A stretch of DNA of 64,000 nt from an uncultured Eubacteriales bacterium (lineage in GTDB: Bacteria > Actinomycetota > Coriobacteriia > Anaerosomatales > JAAXUF01). The notes beneath the pieces were generated by a model. It worked only from the letters and a program-made list of their open reading frames with translations. It made no database searches and was not told where the DNA came from. The stretch lies in NCBI GenBank assembly GCA_964521195.1, contig CAZFRE010000001.1, positions 200,239 to 264,238 on the forward strand. The letters are read 5' to 3'. Below are positions 7,535-16,835 of the stretch, one piece after another (positions within the stretch are counted from its first letter, which is position 1; the number at the start of each line of letters is the position of its first letter). A program made the translations under genes and the position numbers.

Positions 7535-9256
7535 ATGGCGAGGCGCGAGGCGATCGTGCGCGGGTCGAATACGTTGGGGCGCCTGCTTCCTATCGTCCAG
7601 TGGTTGCCGCGCTACCAGATGTCGTGGCTTCGCTCGGATACCGTCGCCGGCGCCTCGGTGTGGGCGCTCGTGATCCCGCAGGCGATCGCCTACGCGGCAA
7701 TCGTTGGCGTCGCGCCGCAGTACGGCCTGTACACGGTGCTGGGCGCATCCGTCATGTATGCGCTGTTCGCCTCCGCCGACCAGGTCGTCACCGGACCCAG
7801 CGCGACCGTGGCCGCTGTCACCGCGTCGGTCGCCGCTCTGGTTGTCGCCACGGCTGCACCGGAGTACCTCACCGTCGTGGTCGGTCTGGCTCTCGCCGTC
7901 GGCGTCATCTACGTGCTTCTCGGTCTCGCACGGATGGGGTGGGTCGCCAACTTCTTGTCGAAGTCCGTGCTCGAGGGCTTCGTCTTCGCGTTCGGATTCG
8001 GCCTCATCGTCGATCAGATGTACAAGGTTCTTGGCGTTGAGAAGGTCGAAGGCTCGTACTGGCAGGTGCTCGTCGGTGTCGTGAAGGAGATTCCTCAGAC
8101 GAGCTTGCCGACGTTTGCGATAGGTGCGGCAGCGATCGTGATGCTGCTTGTGCTCCGCTACACCCTTCCGAGCGTCCCTCGTTCGTTGCTCGCGGTCGTG
8201 CTTGGGATCGTCGTGGTACCGGTTCTCGGCCTCGCCGACAAGGGCGTGGCACTCGTCGGCGACCTGCCGTCGGGGCTGCCACACCTTATGGTGCCAACAG
8301 GGCTGCCTCCCTCGGCATGGGGCACCTTGATCGCCGGTTCGTTGGCGGTCATTCTCGTGGGCTTCAGCGAGTCTCTGGCTGCAGCGAAGAACGTCGGTGC
8401 AAAGCACGGGCTCGACGTATCAGCCGATCAAGAGCTCGTAGCGCAGGGAGCTGCAGTGATCGGGTCGTCGCTTCTGGGCGGCTTCCCGGTTGGGGGCAGC
8501 CTCAGCAAGACGAGCGTCGCCGACGAGGCCGGGCAGAGGACCCAACTCGCGGGACTCATCGTCGCCGGGCTGACGGTGGTGACGTTGCTCTTCCTCACGG
8601 AGGCATTCGCGACGCTTCCCAAGGCCGTGCTTGGTGCGGTCGTCATTGACGCCGCTGTCGGCCTGATCCACTTCGACGTGTTCGTGCGGTTCTACAAGAC
8701 GAGCCGCCGTGGCTTCATCGCATTCGCTGCAACGTCCATCGGGCTGTTCTTCATCGGTGTCGTCGCAGGCGTTGTCATCGGCGTGGTCATCTCACTTCTC
8801 CTGCTCGTTTCGACCGCCTCGAAGTCATCGGTCCGGCGCATGGGCTACGACACCGACAACCAGGTGTATGTGGATGCCGACATCCACGAGAACGCCGAGA
8901 CGATCCCCGGTGTTCTCGTGGTCGAGCTTGGCGGCCCTCTGTTCTTTGCAGACGCCGACCACTTCCGCTCGTCGCTGCTTGCGATGATCGCCGAACAGAA
9001 GCCGCATACGGTGGTCGTCGATCTTGGGCCCGCTGCTGACATCGACTTGGACGGCGCCGACACTCTCTCCAAGCTGGCCGGCGAGCTTAAGGCGAGGCAG
9101 ACCGCGCTTCTGCTCGCTCGTGTTGATGAGCATCGCGTCGGCTTGCTCGAACGAGCCGGGACGCTCGATGCCATCGGCGCAGGCAACGTGTACCCGTCCG
9201 TGCGCGCAGCGGTCGCTGCAGCGCGCACTGAGGCGCGACCGGCGGTCCGAGCCTGA
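7535..9256 (+). CDS. SulP family anion permease with C-terminal STAS domain (second copy, divergent)
   Basis: MARREAIVRGSNTLGRLLPIVQWLPRYQMSWLRSDTVAGASVWALVIPQAIAYAAIVGVAPQYGLY is the typical SulP N-terminus. The STAS tail reads GVLVVELGGPLFFADADHFRSSLL..VVVDLGPAADIDLDGADTLSKLAGEL. GGGGGAG lies 9 nt before ATG 7535 (ATG 7490 is also possible). The track ORF start at 6854 is an antisense read-through of the neighbouring gene. Confidence 0.85.
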   Translation: MARREAIVRGSNTLGRLLPIVQWLPRYQMSWLRSDTVAGASVWALVIPQAIAYAAIVGVAPQYGLYTVLGASVMYALFASADQVVTGPSATVAAVTASVAALVVATAAPEYLTVVVGLALAVGVIYVLLGLARMGWVANFLSKSVLEGFVFAFGFGLIVDQMYKVLGVEKVEGSYWQVLVGVVKEIPQTSLPTFAIGAAAIVMLLVLRYTLPSVPRSLLAVVLGIVVVPVLGLADKGVALVGDLPSGLPHLMVPTGLPPSAWGTLIAGSLAVILVGFSESLAAAKNVGAKHGLDVSADQELVAQGAAVIGSSLLGGFPVGGSLSKTSVADEAGQRTQLAGLIVAGLTVVTLLFLTEAFATLPKAVLGAVVIDAAVGLIHFDVFVRFYKTSRRGFIAFAATSIGLFFIGVVAGVVIGVVISLLLLVSTASKSSVRRMGYDTDNQVYVDADIHENAETIPGVLVVELGGPLFFADADHFRSSLLAMIAEQKPHTVVVDLGPAADIDLDGADTLSKLAGELKARQTALLLARVDEHRVGLLERAGTLDAIGAGNVYPSVRAAVAAARTEARPAVRA

Positions 9257-9309
9257 CCATATGGTAGTTTGAGGGGCGACTGAGCGCGGTGCGGGCCGAG
9301 GGGAGACCG

Positions 9310-11526
9310 ATGCACTCCGACATCAACAGCCTGCGACTCCACGCTCACTTCGACGAGGGCGATGGGCCGGCGATCGTGATGCTCCACGGCATCAACTCCG
9401 ACGGCGGCGACTGGCGCACGGTCATCGACACGATCGGACCCGGGTATCGCTTCATCGCGTTCGATCTGCTCGGCTTCGGGGCGAGCCCCAAACCGCTCGA
9501 CATCGAGTACACCGCGGATGAGCACGCCCTCGTCATCGAGAACACGCTGCAGGACCTCGGCGTCGACGATCCGTTCTTGCTCGCGGGCTATTCGCTTGGC
9601 GGAGACATCGCGCTGCGCTACGCCTCGACCTATCCCGAGCGCTTGCGCCGGCTCTTCCTCCTCGACGCGCCGTTCTACCTTCCGCCCGAGTTGGTCGAGA
9701 CGAAGGGTTACAGCCTCAAGATGCTCTACGAGGCCGGCTCCAAGTGGGTCTGGGAGCGCCTCGCGACCTCCAAGCAGAAGGATAGCTTGCTGTACAAGGT
9801 GGCGACCGGTGTGGGGGAGGGCGCGCTCAAGGAGGCGTTCCACGCCGAGGACATCCCCACGCACTGGGAGATCATGAGCAAGAACCTCACGAACACGATC
9901 AACAGGGCGACGTGGGTCGACGACCTCCCCAAGCTCACCATGCCGGTGGTGCACGCCATCGGCGAGCACGACGCCATCGTCAAGATCTCACAGGCGCCTG
10001 CGCTCAAGCGGCTCAAGCCCGACATGGAGATCCGCCGCATCCGCGGGCTCGCCGCCGATCACATGACACTGTGGAACATGCCCGAGCGGATCGCACACGA
10101 GATCATGCGCGACGAAGTCCGCGAGCTCAACGTGGTGTGGCGCGGCGGGAGCGGTGCGCCGCTCGTGCTGCTGCACGGCCTCAACAACCCCGCGACCGCG
10201 TGGGTTCCCGCAGCCGAGGTGCTCGCACGTACCCATGACGTCGCCGTGCTCGACCTGCTCGGCTTCGGGGACTCGCCGGCGCCGCTCAGCCTGCACTACA
10301 CCCTGGCCGATCACGTCGCTGCGGTGCTCGGCACCGTGAGCGCGTTGTGGGGACCGACCCGCGAGCGCGTGACGTTCGCGGGCGAGGGCCTCGGCGCCAC
10401 CGTGGCGCTCGGGTGCGCCGCGACGGTGCCCGACCAGAGTGCGGGCGTGGTGGCCATCTCGGCGGGGTTCCTCGAGCCGGGTGTCTCGCTCGACGAACTC
10501 GCACGCGACGAGCGCGCTGCTCGGATGATCGCGGTGCGGGACGTAGCGAAGCGCCTCGCGGCCGGTGAGAAGGTGAGCGGGGCGGGTCTCGATCAGGCCG
10601 AGGCGCGGCTCGTGCCGATCCTGCGCTCCGTGGAGAGCGTGATGCTTGGGACGGACGCGGCGGAGCTGCTGCGCCAGGTCCCGGCACCCGCGCGGTTCGT
10701 CAATCCTGCGAGCGACTCGCTGACCCCGTCGGCGTACCTCGAGCGAGTCTGTACGGAGCGCGAGGGGTTCGAGTGCGTTCAGGTGGAAGGCGAGCGGGGG
10801 CTACCCTACACCGCACCCGCCGAGGCGGTCCGCGCGATCGACCCGGCCGACGCGGAGGGCATCGGGCTCGCGGAGCATGCGAGGCCTGCGCCGGCCGCAG
10901 CCGCGGTCAGCCCGGTCTTCCGGGCGACCGGTGGCGTCGAGAATGCGCTGCTACGCGCTGGCCTGCTGAATCTGGCGGCGGCGGTCGCGATCGCGCTCGT
11001 TCGGCCCGACCCCATGCGGCTCACCCTCGGATTCGCCCTGTGGATCGCAGCTGCCTCACTGAGCGCGATCGTCGGGGCGATAGGCATGAAGCGCCAGACT
11101 GCCGGCACCAGGTTCACGTTCACGACGACCGCTCTGCCGACACTGCTCGCCGGCGTCGCCGGCTTGGCGGTCGCGTCGTTCCTGTTCGCCGACCCGCAGG
11201 ACGGGCAACGGTTCTTCGGGGTCATGGTCGCGGTGTATGCGATGGTGCGGGGCGCGGCCGACATCTTCACGGCTCTGCGGGTTGGCAGGACGGCCAAGCC
11301 GCGCTGGCTTCTGTACGCGGGAGGCGCGCTGGGCATCGGGACGGCACTCGCGATCTTCGTCGGCCCCAACCATGGGCGCGGTATCGTGCGGTTGTCGCTC
11401 GCCGCATACCTGGCGCTGACCGGCGTCTCGCTCTTGGCGTACGTGACGGCGAGCCGGCGCGCAGCGCAGCGCCGCATCCGTGAGCTGCTGGGTGGTGCCG
11501 CGTCGGAAGAAGGTAGCAGAAGCTAG
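9310..11526 (+). CDS. Tandem alpha/beta-hydrolase protein (second copy lacks the nucleophile) with a C-terminal DUF308/HdeD-like membrane domain
   Basis: GAGGGGAG precedes ATG 9310. Domain 1: IVMLHGINSDGGDW..LLAGYSLGGDIALRYA (G-x-S-x-G). Domain 2: LVLLHGLNNPATAW..TFAGEGLGATVALGCA (Ser replaced by Gly). The C-terminal ~190 aa form 5-6 hydrophobic helices (LLNLAAAVAIALV, LWIAAASLSAIVGAIG, LLAGVAGLAVASFLF, FFGVMVAVYAMVRGAADIF..). Confidence 0.75.
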   Translation: MHSDINSLRLHAHFDEGDGPAIVMLHGINSDGGDWRTVIDTIGPGYRFIAFDLLGFGASPKPLDIEYTADEHALVIENTLQDLGVDDPFLLAGYSLGGDIALRYASTYPERLRRLFLLDAPFYLPPELVETKGYSLKMLYEAGSKWVWERLATSKQKDSLLYKVATGVGEGALKEAFHAEDIPTHWEIMSKNLTNTINRATWVDDLPKLTMPVVHAIGEHDAIVKISQAPALKRLKPDMEIRRIRGLAADHMTLWNMPERIAHEIMRDEVRELNVVWRGGSGAPLVLLHGLNNPATAWVPAAEVLARTHDVAVLDLLGFGDSPAPLSLHYTLADHVAAVLGTVSALWGPTRERVTFAGEGLGATVALGCAATVPDQSAGVVAISAGFLEPGVSLDELARDERAARMIAVRDVAKRLAAGEKVSGAGLDQAEARLVPILRSVESVMLGTDAAELLRQVPAPARFVNPASDSLTPSAYLERVCTEREGFECVQVEGERGLPYTAPAEAVRAIDPADAEGIGLAEHARPAPAAAAVSPVFRATGGVENALLRAGLLNLAAAVAIALVRPDPMRLTLGFALWIAAASLSAIVGAIGMKRQTAGTRFTFTTTALPTLLAGVAGLAVASFLFADPQDGQRFFGVMVAVYAMVRGAADIFTALRVGRTAKPRWLLYAGGALGIGTALAIFVGPNHGRGIVRLSLAAYLALTGVSLLAYVTASRRAAQRRIRELLGGAASEEGSRS

Positions 11527-11532
11527 CGGGCC

Positions 11533-12366
11533 TCAGGACGCGGCTGTGGCCCCGTCGGGCGCGAGCAAGAACTCGCAGACGGTGTCGCCGACCTCGCGGT
11601 CGAACAGGATCGCGAGGTGGCCGAGGTTCTCGACCTCATGCAGCGTCACCTGCTGCCCGGCGAGCATCGACGTCTCGCGCGGGTGCACGAGGTTGTCGTG
11701 TGCCGAGAAGATCGACATCACCGGCCCACCAGTGATCTCGCGGGGGCGGCTGCGGGCGTACTCCGACGTTGACCGAAGCTGGGAGCCGGACGGTCCCACG
11801 ACCGGGCCGCGCCAGGTCACGCCGCGCCAGGGGATCGCGATGACTGCGACGCGGCGCACCCACTCGGGCTTCTCGGCGAGCAGGTCGAGTGCGAGCAGGC
11901 CTCCCGACGAGTGCGTGAGCAGGTCGACCTGCTCGGCACCGGTTCGCGTGCGGACCATCTCCACGAACTTGCGGACGCTGACCGCGGAGCGCTCGAACCG
12001 CTGCGGCCAGAAGAAGTTGCACGCGTAGATCGGCCCGCTCCCCGCAGCGATGAGCCGCGCCGAGAGGTAGAGGAAGTCGACACGGTTCTGGAAGTAGCCG
12101 TGTACGAGCACCACCGGTGTCCCGCGGTGCGCGAGACTCTGCCGCCGCCCGAAGAACTGGAAGAAGGGCATCAGCGGCTGCGTCCAGAGGGTGCACCAGC
12201 ATTCGCGCAACACCGACGCGACCGTCTGACGGGCCGAACGCTTCGGGATGTGGGGGGCGGCTTCGATGTAGGTCACGGCGATGTAGACCGCGCACGACGC
12301 CCATACCAAGGTGAGCCACCCCGCAAGGACGAGCAGCGCGATGCGTACCGCGGATTCCAGCATCAC
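11533..12366 (-). CDS. Membrane-anchored alpha/beta hydrolase (lipase/esterase-like)
   Basis: N-terminal TM helix IALLVLAGWLTLVWASCAVYIAV, then PVVLVHGYFQN and the nucleophile elbow LLTHSSGGLLAL. Confidence 0.7.
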   Translation of the reverse strand: MMLESAVRIALLVLAGWLTLVWASCAVYIAVTYIEAAPHIPKRSARQTVASVLRECWCTLWTQPLMPFFQFFGRRQSLAHRGTPVVLVHGYFQNRVDFLYLSARLIAAGSGPIYACNFFWPQRFERSAVSVRKFVEMVRTRTGAEQVDLLTHSSGGLLALDLLAEKPEWVRRVAVIAIPWRGVTWRGPVVGPSGSQLRSTSEYARSRPREITGGPVMSIFSAHDNLVHPRETSMLAGQQVTLHEVENLGHLAILFDREVGDTVCEFLLAPDGATAAS

Positions 12367-12382
12367 AGCTCCCGGCAGCCCG

Positions 12383-13537
12383 CTATTCTCCGGTCGCCGC
12401 CGGGGTGGGCGCCTCGTCGAAATCGAGCGTCTCGTCCCAGTTCACCGCCGAGAGCCGCTTGCCCGCCGAGATCAGCAGTGCCGCCACCGGAGCTGCGAGC
12501 GCCGCGCCGAGCAGGCCCGCAAACGTGCCGCCCAGCATGGTCACCACGAGTACGACGAGCGGGCTGAGGTTGAGCGAGTCTCCCATGACTCGTGCATTGA
12601 TAACGGTCTGCAGGAGGTTCTGGGCCAGGAGCACGACGACCAGGATAGTGATCGCCTGCGTGAGCCCGCCGGTACCCAGCGCGACGAAGAACGCGAATGC
12701 ACCCGAGATGATCGCGCCGAAGAACGGGATGTAGCAGGTCAGGAACGTGACGATCGCGACGGCACCGGCCAGCGGAATCCCCATCACCATCATCGCGATG
12801 CCGATGACGAGGGAGACGACGAGACCGGTGATCGTGGTCGCCCGGAAGTACCCGCGCATGGCGCGCACCGCGTCATCGACGATGCCCGTGCCGATCTCGA
12901 CCGGCAATCCACCCATGTGCCCGCCGATCCAGCGCGCGATGTTCGGGAAGTCCGTGAGCACGTAGAACAGCAGCACGGCGCCGATGAAGAGCCCAAAGAA
13001 CAGCGAGAAGATGCCGGAGATCCCGCTCGCCAACGCCGAGCCGATCGACGAGGCGATTCCGCCGCTCGCGCCCGCCGCCGCATCCTTGGCACCGTTGAAG
13101 GCGTTCTTGATGGCGTCGCCGTTGAAGCCGGCGGCTTGCAGGAGCTCACCGGCCTCTGCCAGCCCCTGCTCTACCTGCGCTTGGATGTTCGGCCACTGCG
13201 AGACGACGCCGGTCACCGTGACCCACGTAGCGACGACGACCACGACGGTGAGGAAGATCAGGACGATGGTGGCTGCGGCGGCGACGGGGATGCGGCGGGC
13301 CACCATCTTCTCGACGAGCGGGTACGCGATCATCCCGATGACCATCGCGAGGATGAGTGGTATCGAGATACTTGCACTGAGCCCGATGAATGCCGCGAAG
13401 ATGAGCAACACGCCGACCGCGCCGATGATCGACCAGCTTGCGATGCCTACGTTGAGCACCCACCCGGGCATGAGCCCCGGCCCGGAGAGCGCGAACTGGT
13501 TGCCTGCATCACGGAGCTTGTCACTGAGCCGTGTCAT
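12383..13537 (-). CDS. AI-2E family transporter (PerM/UPF0118)
   Basis: Polytopic protein with the typical family end LSPLVVLVVTMLGGTFAGLLGAALAAPVAALL. GGGGAGGGAAA lies upstream of ATG 13537. Confidence 0.75.
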   Translation of the reverse strand: MTRLSDKLRDAGNQFALSGPGLMPGWVLNVGIASWSIIGAVGVLLIFAAFIGLSASISIPLILAMVIGMIAYPLVEKMVARRIPVAAAATIVLIFLTVVVVVATWVTVTGVVSQWPNIQAQVEQGLAEAGELLQAAGFNGDAIKNAFNGAKDAAAGASGGIASSIGSALASGISGIFSLFFGLFIGAVLLFYVLTDFPNIARWIGGHMGGLPVEIGTGIVDDAVRAMRGYFRATTITGLVVSLVIGIAMMVMGIPLAGAVAIVTFLTCYIPFFGAIISGAFAFFVALGTGGLTQAITILVVVLLAQNLLQTVINARVMGDSLNLSPLVVLVVTMLGGTFAGLLGAALAAPVAALLISAGKRLSAVNWDETLDFDEAPTPAATGE

Positions 13538-13617
13538 GTTCCGTTTCCCTCCCCAAGGTGTCGCGCCCGTGCGCGCACGTGCCTAGCGTAGAAGAGTGCC
13601 GGCCGCCCGTCGAGGCA

Positions 13618-13641
13618 CTGCCGGCTCCCCGGTGCCGGCAG
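13618..13641 (-). terminator. Hairpin immediately downstream of the antiporter stop
   Basis: CTGCCGGC-N8-GCCGGCAG, an 8-bp perfect stem, 3 nt after the stop at 13644. No U-tract. Confidence 0.35.
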
Positions 13642-13643
13642 CA

Positions 13644-14942
13644 TCATCCGCGCCGCGCCAACCGCGCGCGGTTCTCGTGGACGCTGCGGGTCTCGGCCTG
13701 CGGCTTCTCGGCTAAAGAGCCGTACCATCGCGAGTAAGCCGTAGTCAGGCCGGGCGCCGAGAGGCCGTGAGCGAGAACGCTCAGAAGCACGGTCGCGAAG
13801 ATCACCGCGAGCACGGTCTGGCCGTGCGGCAGCCCCAACTCGATGAGTCCGAGCCCGAACACGATCGACGCGAGACCCCTGGGTCCGAACCAGCCGATGA
13901 ATGAGACAGTGGGCCAGCGGGCGCCCGTTCCCCACAGCGCGAGCGCGACGGGCGCCATGCGGATCACCGTCAAGCTCACGATCGCGTAGACGATCACCGG
14001 CATGCCGAGCGTGCGCAGGGTGAACGGTACCGCCGCAAGCCCGAAGATGGTGAACGTGAGCGCGGACAGGACGGCTCCGGCCTGTTCGGAGAAGTGGGCG
14101 AGATCGAGGCTGGACTCCCTGCTCACAGCGGCGAACACGATGCCGCCGGTGAAGGTCGCGATGAAGACGCTGCCTCCGAGCGCCAGGCCGATACCGTAGG
14201 CAAGGCCGGCTGCGGCGAACATGACGATCTGCCGCCACGAGTTCTCGAGCTGCTCTTCTCGGCCTGCGTGCCTGATGACCGCGCCACCTACCACCCCGCC
14301 GATGATGCCGGCGATGATGCCGAACCCGATCTGCTCGGCGGCGATGCCGAGGAACAGCGAAAGCGGCCGCCCTTCGACCTCGGCCTTGGCGATCTCGATG
14401 GCGAGAAGGTAGAAGGGCACCGCGATGCCGTCGTTGAGCCCGCTTTCGACGTTGAGCCCCTGGCGTACGGGAGCGGGCACGGCAGGGTCGGTCACGACGC
14501 GCTGGCCGAGCGCGGCGTCGGTCGGGGCCAGGATGATCGCGATGAGTGCGGCCTCGACGAGCAGCAGGTCGGGGAAGACGAAGGCGGCCGCTCCCAGGCC
14601 GGCGGCGATCGTGAGCGGGAGCCCGATGCCGAGCAGTCGCACCGGCAGGCCGAGCTGCTCGCGAAGCGCCTTGAGATCGATGCGTGCCGCATCGGTGAAC
14701 AGCGCGATAGACAGGGTCACCTCAGCGAGCAGTTTCACGGCCTCGGTGTCGATGTCCACATGTACGGCATCTAAGACGAGCGGGCCGAGCACCACCCCGG
14801 CGGCGGTGAAGAGGATGGCAGGCGAGAGCGGGGAGACGGACAGGCGCTCCGAGAAGGCCGCATACCCCAGAAGGAGCAGCGCGAAGATCGCAAACGCCCA
14901 GGACTCGTGCACGGACACCTCGCTGCCGGTCGGTGCAAACAC
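13644..14942 (-). CDS. Cation:proton antiporter (Na+/H+ exchanger family, CPA1-like)
   Basis: About 12 TM segments. Motifs include LLLGYAAFSERL, LFTDAARIDLKALR, APTDAALGQRVV and LNVESGLNDGIAVPF. Confidence 0.8.
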   Translation of the reverse strand: MFAPTGSEVSVHESWAFAIFALLLLGYAAFSERLSVSPLSPAILFTAAGVVLGPLVLDAVHVDIDTEAVKLLAEVTLSIALFTDAARIDLKALREQLGLPVRLLGIGLPLTIAAGLGAAAFVFPDLLLVEAALIAIILAPTDAALGQRVVTDPAVPAPVRQGLNVESGLNDGIAVPFYLLAIEIAKAEVEGRPLSLFLGIAAEQIGFGIIAGIIGGVVGGAVIRHAGREEQLENSWRQIVMFAAAGLAYGIGLALGGSVFIATFTGGIVFAAVSRESSLDLAHFSEQAGAVLSALTFTIFGLAAVPFTLRTLGMPVIVYAIVSLTVIRMAPVALALWGTGARWPTVSFIGWFGPRGLASIVFGLGLIELGLPHGQTVLAVIFATVLLSVLAHGLSAPGLTTAYSRWYGSLAEKPQAETRSVHENRARLARRG

Positions 14943-15030
14943 GGTGGCGCCCTGCTGCGCGGCGCCTACTGCCGATGGTACCCGTTACGCGAGTGGACAC
15001 GCGCTCTGCGGCATCGTCGGGCTCGAAACG

Positions 15031-15061
15031 CGAACGGCCGCCGGAGTCGCCGGCGGCCGTT
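15031..15061 (-). terminator. Intrinsic terminator-like hairpin downstream of the SHOCT gene
   Basis: 13-bp perfect stem GAACGGCCGCCGG / CCGGCGGCCGTTC with a 5-nt loop. On the minus strand it is followed by GCGTTTCG. Confidence 0.55.
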
Positions 15062-15084
15062 CGTCAGGTGCGATCGTCGGTGGT

Positions 15085-15411
15085 CTAGCCGGCGAGGATC
15101 TTCGCCTTCTGCGCGGCGAACTCCTCCTCCGTCAGGATTCCCTGAGCCTTGAGCGTGCCGAGACGCTCGAGCTGCGCGAGCATGTCGTCTTCGGGTGCGG
15201 CGGCCGGCGGCACCATGACGCCGGGAGCCGGGCCTGCGGCGACGGCCATCGCCGGCGGCTGCTGGGCGGTCTCCTGGTAGTACTGCTGCTGCGCGTTCCC
15301 GTACGCTTCGACGTTCTTCTCGGCCATACGGCGGTTCACCGCGTTGGAGGCGGCGGTCGCCGTGCCGGCGATGACGGCGGTGCGGGCCATTCCTCTGATG
15401 AGTCCGGGCAT
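15085..15411 (-). CDS. SHOCT domain-containing protein
   Basis: The C-terminus DDMLAQLERLGTLKAQGILTEEEFAAQKAKILAG matches the short C-terminal SHOCT pattern (L..L..L...G.LT.EEF...K.K.L). Confidence 0.8.
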   Translation of the reverse strand: MPGLIRGMARTAVIAGTATAASNAVNRRMAEKNVEAYGNAQQQYYQETAQQPPAMAVAAGPAPGVMVPPAAAPEDDMLAQLERLGTLKAQGILTEEEFAAQKAKILAG

Positions 15412-15420
15412 GTCGACCTC

Positions 15421-15885
15421 CTAGGCTTCCTGCGCGCCGACGCGAGTCAGCGCATCGTCAACGAGCGGGGCGGGGACTCGCGTGTGGATGGCGATCTCCG
15501 CGCCCGCGCTCTCGAAGGCGTTGAGGAGCCCGACGGCCCACGTGTTCTCGATCGCGAGCGCGACAACGGCGGAACCTGGGACCATGCCCTCGATGAGCGC
15601 TGCTGAGTCTTCCGCGTCGAACAGGCCACGCGTCTTGGTGTCGATGAAGCCGAGCCGTGCCTTGTCGGCATCGGGCAGGTCCTCGATGTCGAGGCCGTAC
15701 GCCTTGCCGTCGGCATCCATCACGAGCACCATCGCATCCAGGACGCGGATGGTGCCGGCGTCCGCGAGCTTCTCCAGCTCGGCAAGGATGGTACCGTCGA
15801 ACTTGGGCTCGCCGGTGGCGAGCGCGACGACGTCTACAGGTCCGTACCTCACGGTGACTCCTTTCGTTCCCCCAAACGACTGCAT
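15421..15885 (-). CDS. DUF6325-like protein (soluble relative of the DUF1269 module)
   Basis: RYGPVDVVALATGEPKFDGTILAELEKLADAGTIRVLDAMVLVMDADGKAYGLDIEDL..MVPGSAVVALAIENTWAVGLL. It lies 9 nt upstream of the SHOCT gene on the same strand. Confidence 0.65.
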   Translation of the reverse strand: MQSFGGTKGVTVRYGPVDVVALATGEPKFDGTILAELEKLADAGTIRVLDAMVLVMDADGKAYGLDIEDLPDADKARLGFIDTKTRGLFDAEDSAALIEGMVPGSAVVALAIENTWAVGLLNAFESAGAEIAIHTRVPAPLVDDALTRVGAQEA

Positions 15886-15955
15886 GCGACTTGATGGTAC
15901 CCGTTGGAGCAGGATGGTATCGTCTGCTCGCGCTCAATTTACCATTCGGTAGGGA

Positions 15956-16756
15956 ATGCGCCATGGGTGGCCGGCCGGTCTCGCGGGAAGGAGCGCCGTG
16001 TCAGTCGTGCAGGACCAAGGAGCCGCACACAGCTGGCCGGTTGAGGGGCTGCCGGCGTTCACCGTGCGGCGGAGCACGCGTGCGAGCAGGGCGCGCATCA
16101 ACGTGACCCCGCACGATGGCGTGGTCGTCGTGGTCCCGGATGCCTGGGAGGAGTTCGACGCCGCTGCAGCGGTCCGCGACCGGCTCGACTGGATCACGGC
16201 CGCCCAGGCTGAGTTCGCGCCGCGCAGGGCGGCGCTCCTCGCGGACGCCGCGGACGTGCTGCCGGTCGCGGTGCAGTTCGCCGCCACGGGCGAGTCTTGG
16301 CCGGTTGTCCGCATCCCGACCTCAGCGTCGAGCGTGCGAGCCGCGACGACGGCCGGGCGCATCGAGCTGCGCGGCGCCGTCGACGACGCCGAGGGGGGAT
16401 TAGCCGCGCTGCGGCGCTGGCTGCATGCCCGCGCTGTCGAACGGCTCGTGCCGGCACTTTCTCAACTCGCCGAGCAGACCGGCGCTCGCCCCGTGGGAGT
16501 CGGGGTCCGCGGCCAACGCGCCCGCTGGGGCGGGTGCTCCGAGCGCGGGTACATCACCCTGAACCGGGCGCTGCTGTTCCTGCCGCCGGATCTCGTGCGC
16601 GCGGTGATGCTCCACGAGCTCGCCCACCTGGCTCACCCCAACCACTCTCGAGCCTTCTGGGACCATCTCGCGGCGATCGACCCGGACGTGACGTCGCACC
16701 GCCTCAGAATCGCGTCGTCTTGGGATCACGTGCCCCCGTGGGCCGATCGCCGGTGA
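15956..16756 (+). CDS. YgjP/DUF45-type (M48-like) zinc metallopeptidase
   Basis: RWGGCSERGYITLNRALLFLPPDLVRAVMLHELAHLAHPNHSRAFWDHL carries the H-E-x-x-H core in DUF45 context. The exact start is uncertain. Confidence 0.75.
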   Translation: MRHGWPAGLAGRSAVSVVQDQGAAHSWPVEGLPAFTVRRSTRASRARINVTPHDGVVVVVPDAWEEFDAAAAVRDRLDWITAAQAEFAPRRAALLADAADVLPVAVQFAATGESWPVVRIPTSASSVRAATTAGRIELRGAVDDAEGGLAALRRWLHARAVERLVPALSQLAEQTGARPVGVGVRGQRARWGGCSERGYITLNRALLFLPPDLVRAVMLHELAHLAHPNHSRAFWDHLAAIDPDVTSHRLRIASSWDHVPPWADRR

Positions 16757-16835
16757 CGCTGCGGCCGCCCGCCCTCTGTGCGCGAAGGCCGGTGGGCTAT
16801 ACCATCACAGGAGACCGTCCGCGCGAAGTGGGGGC

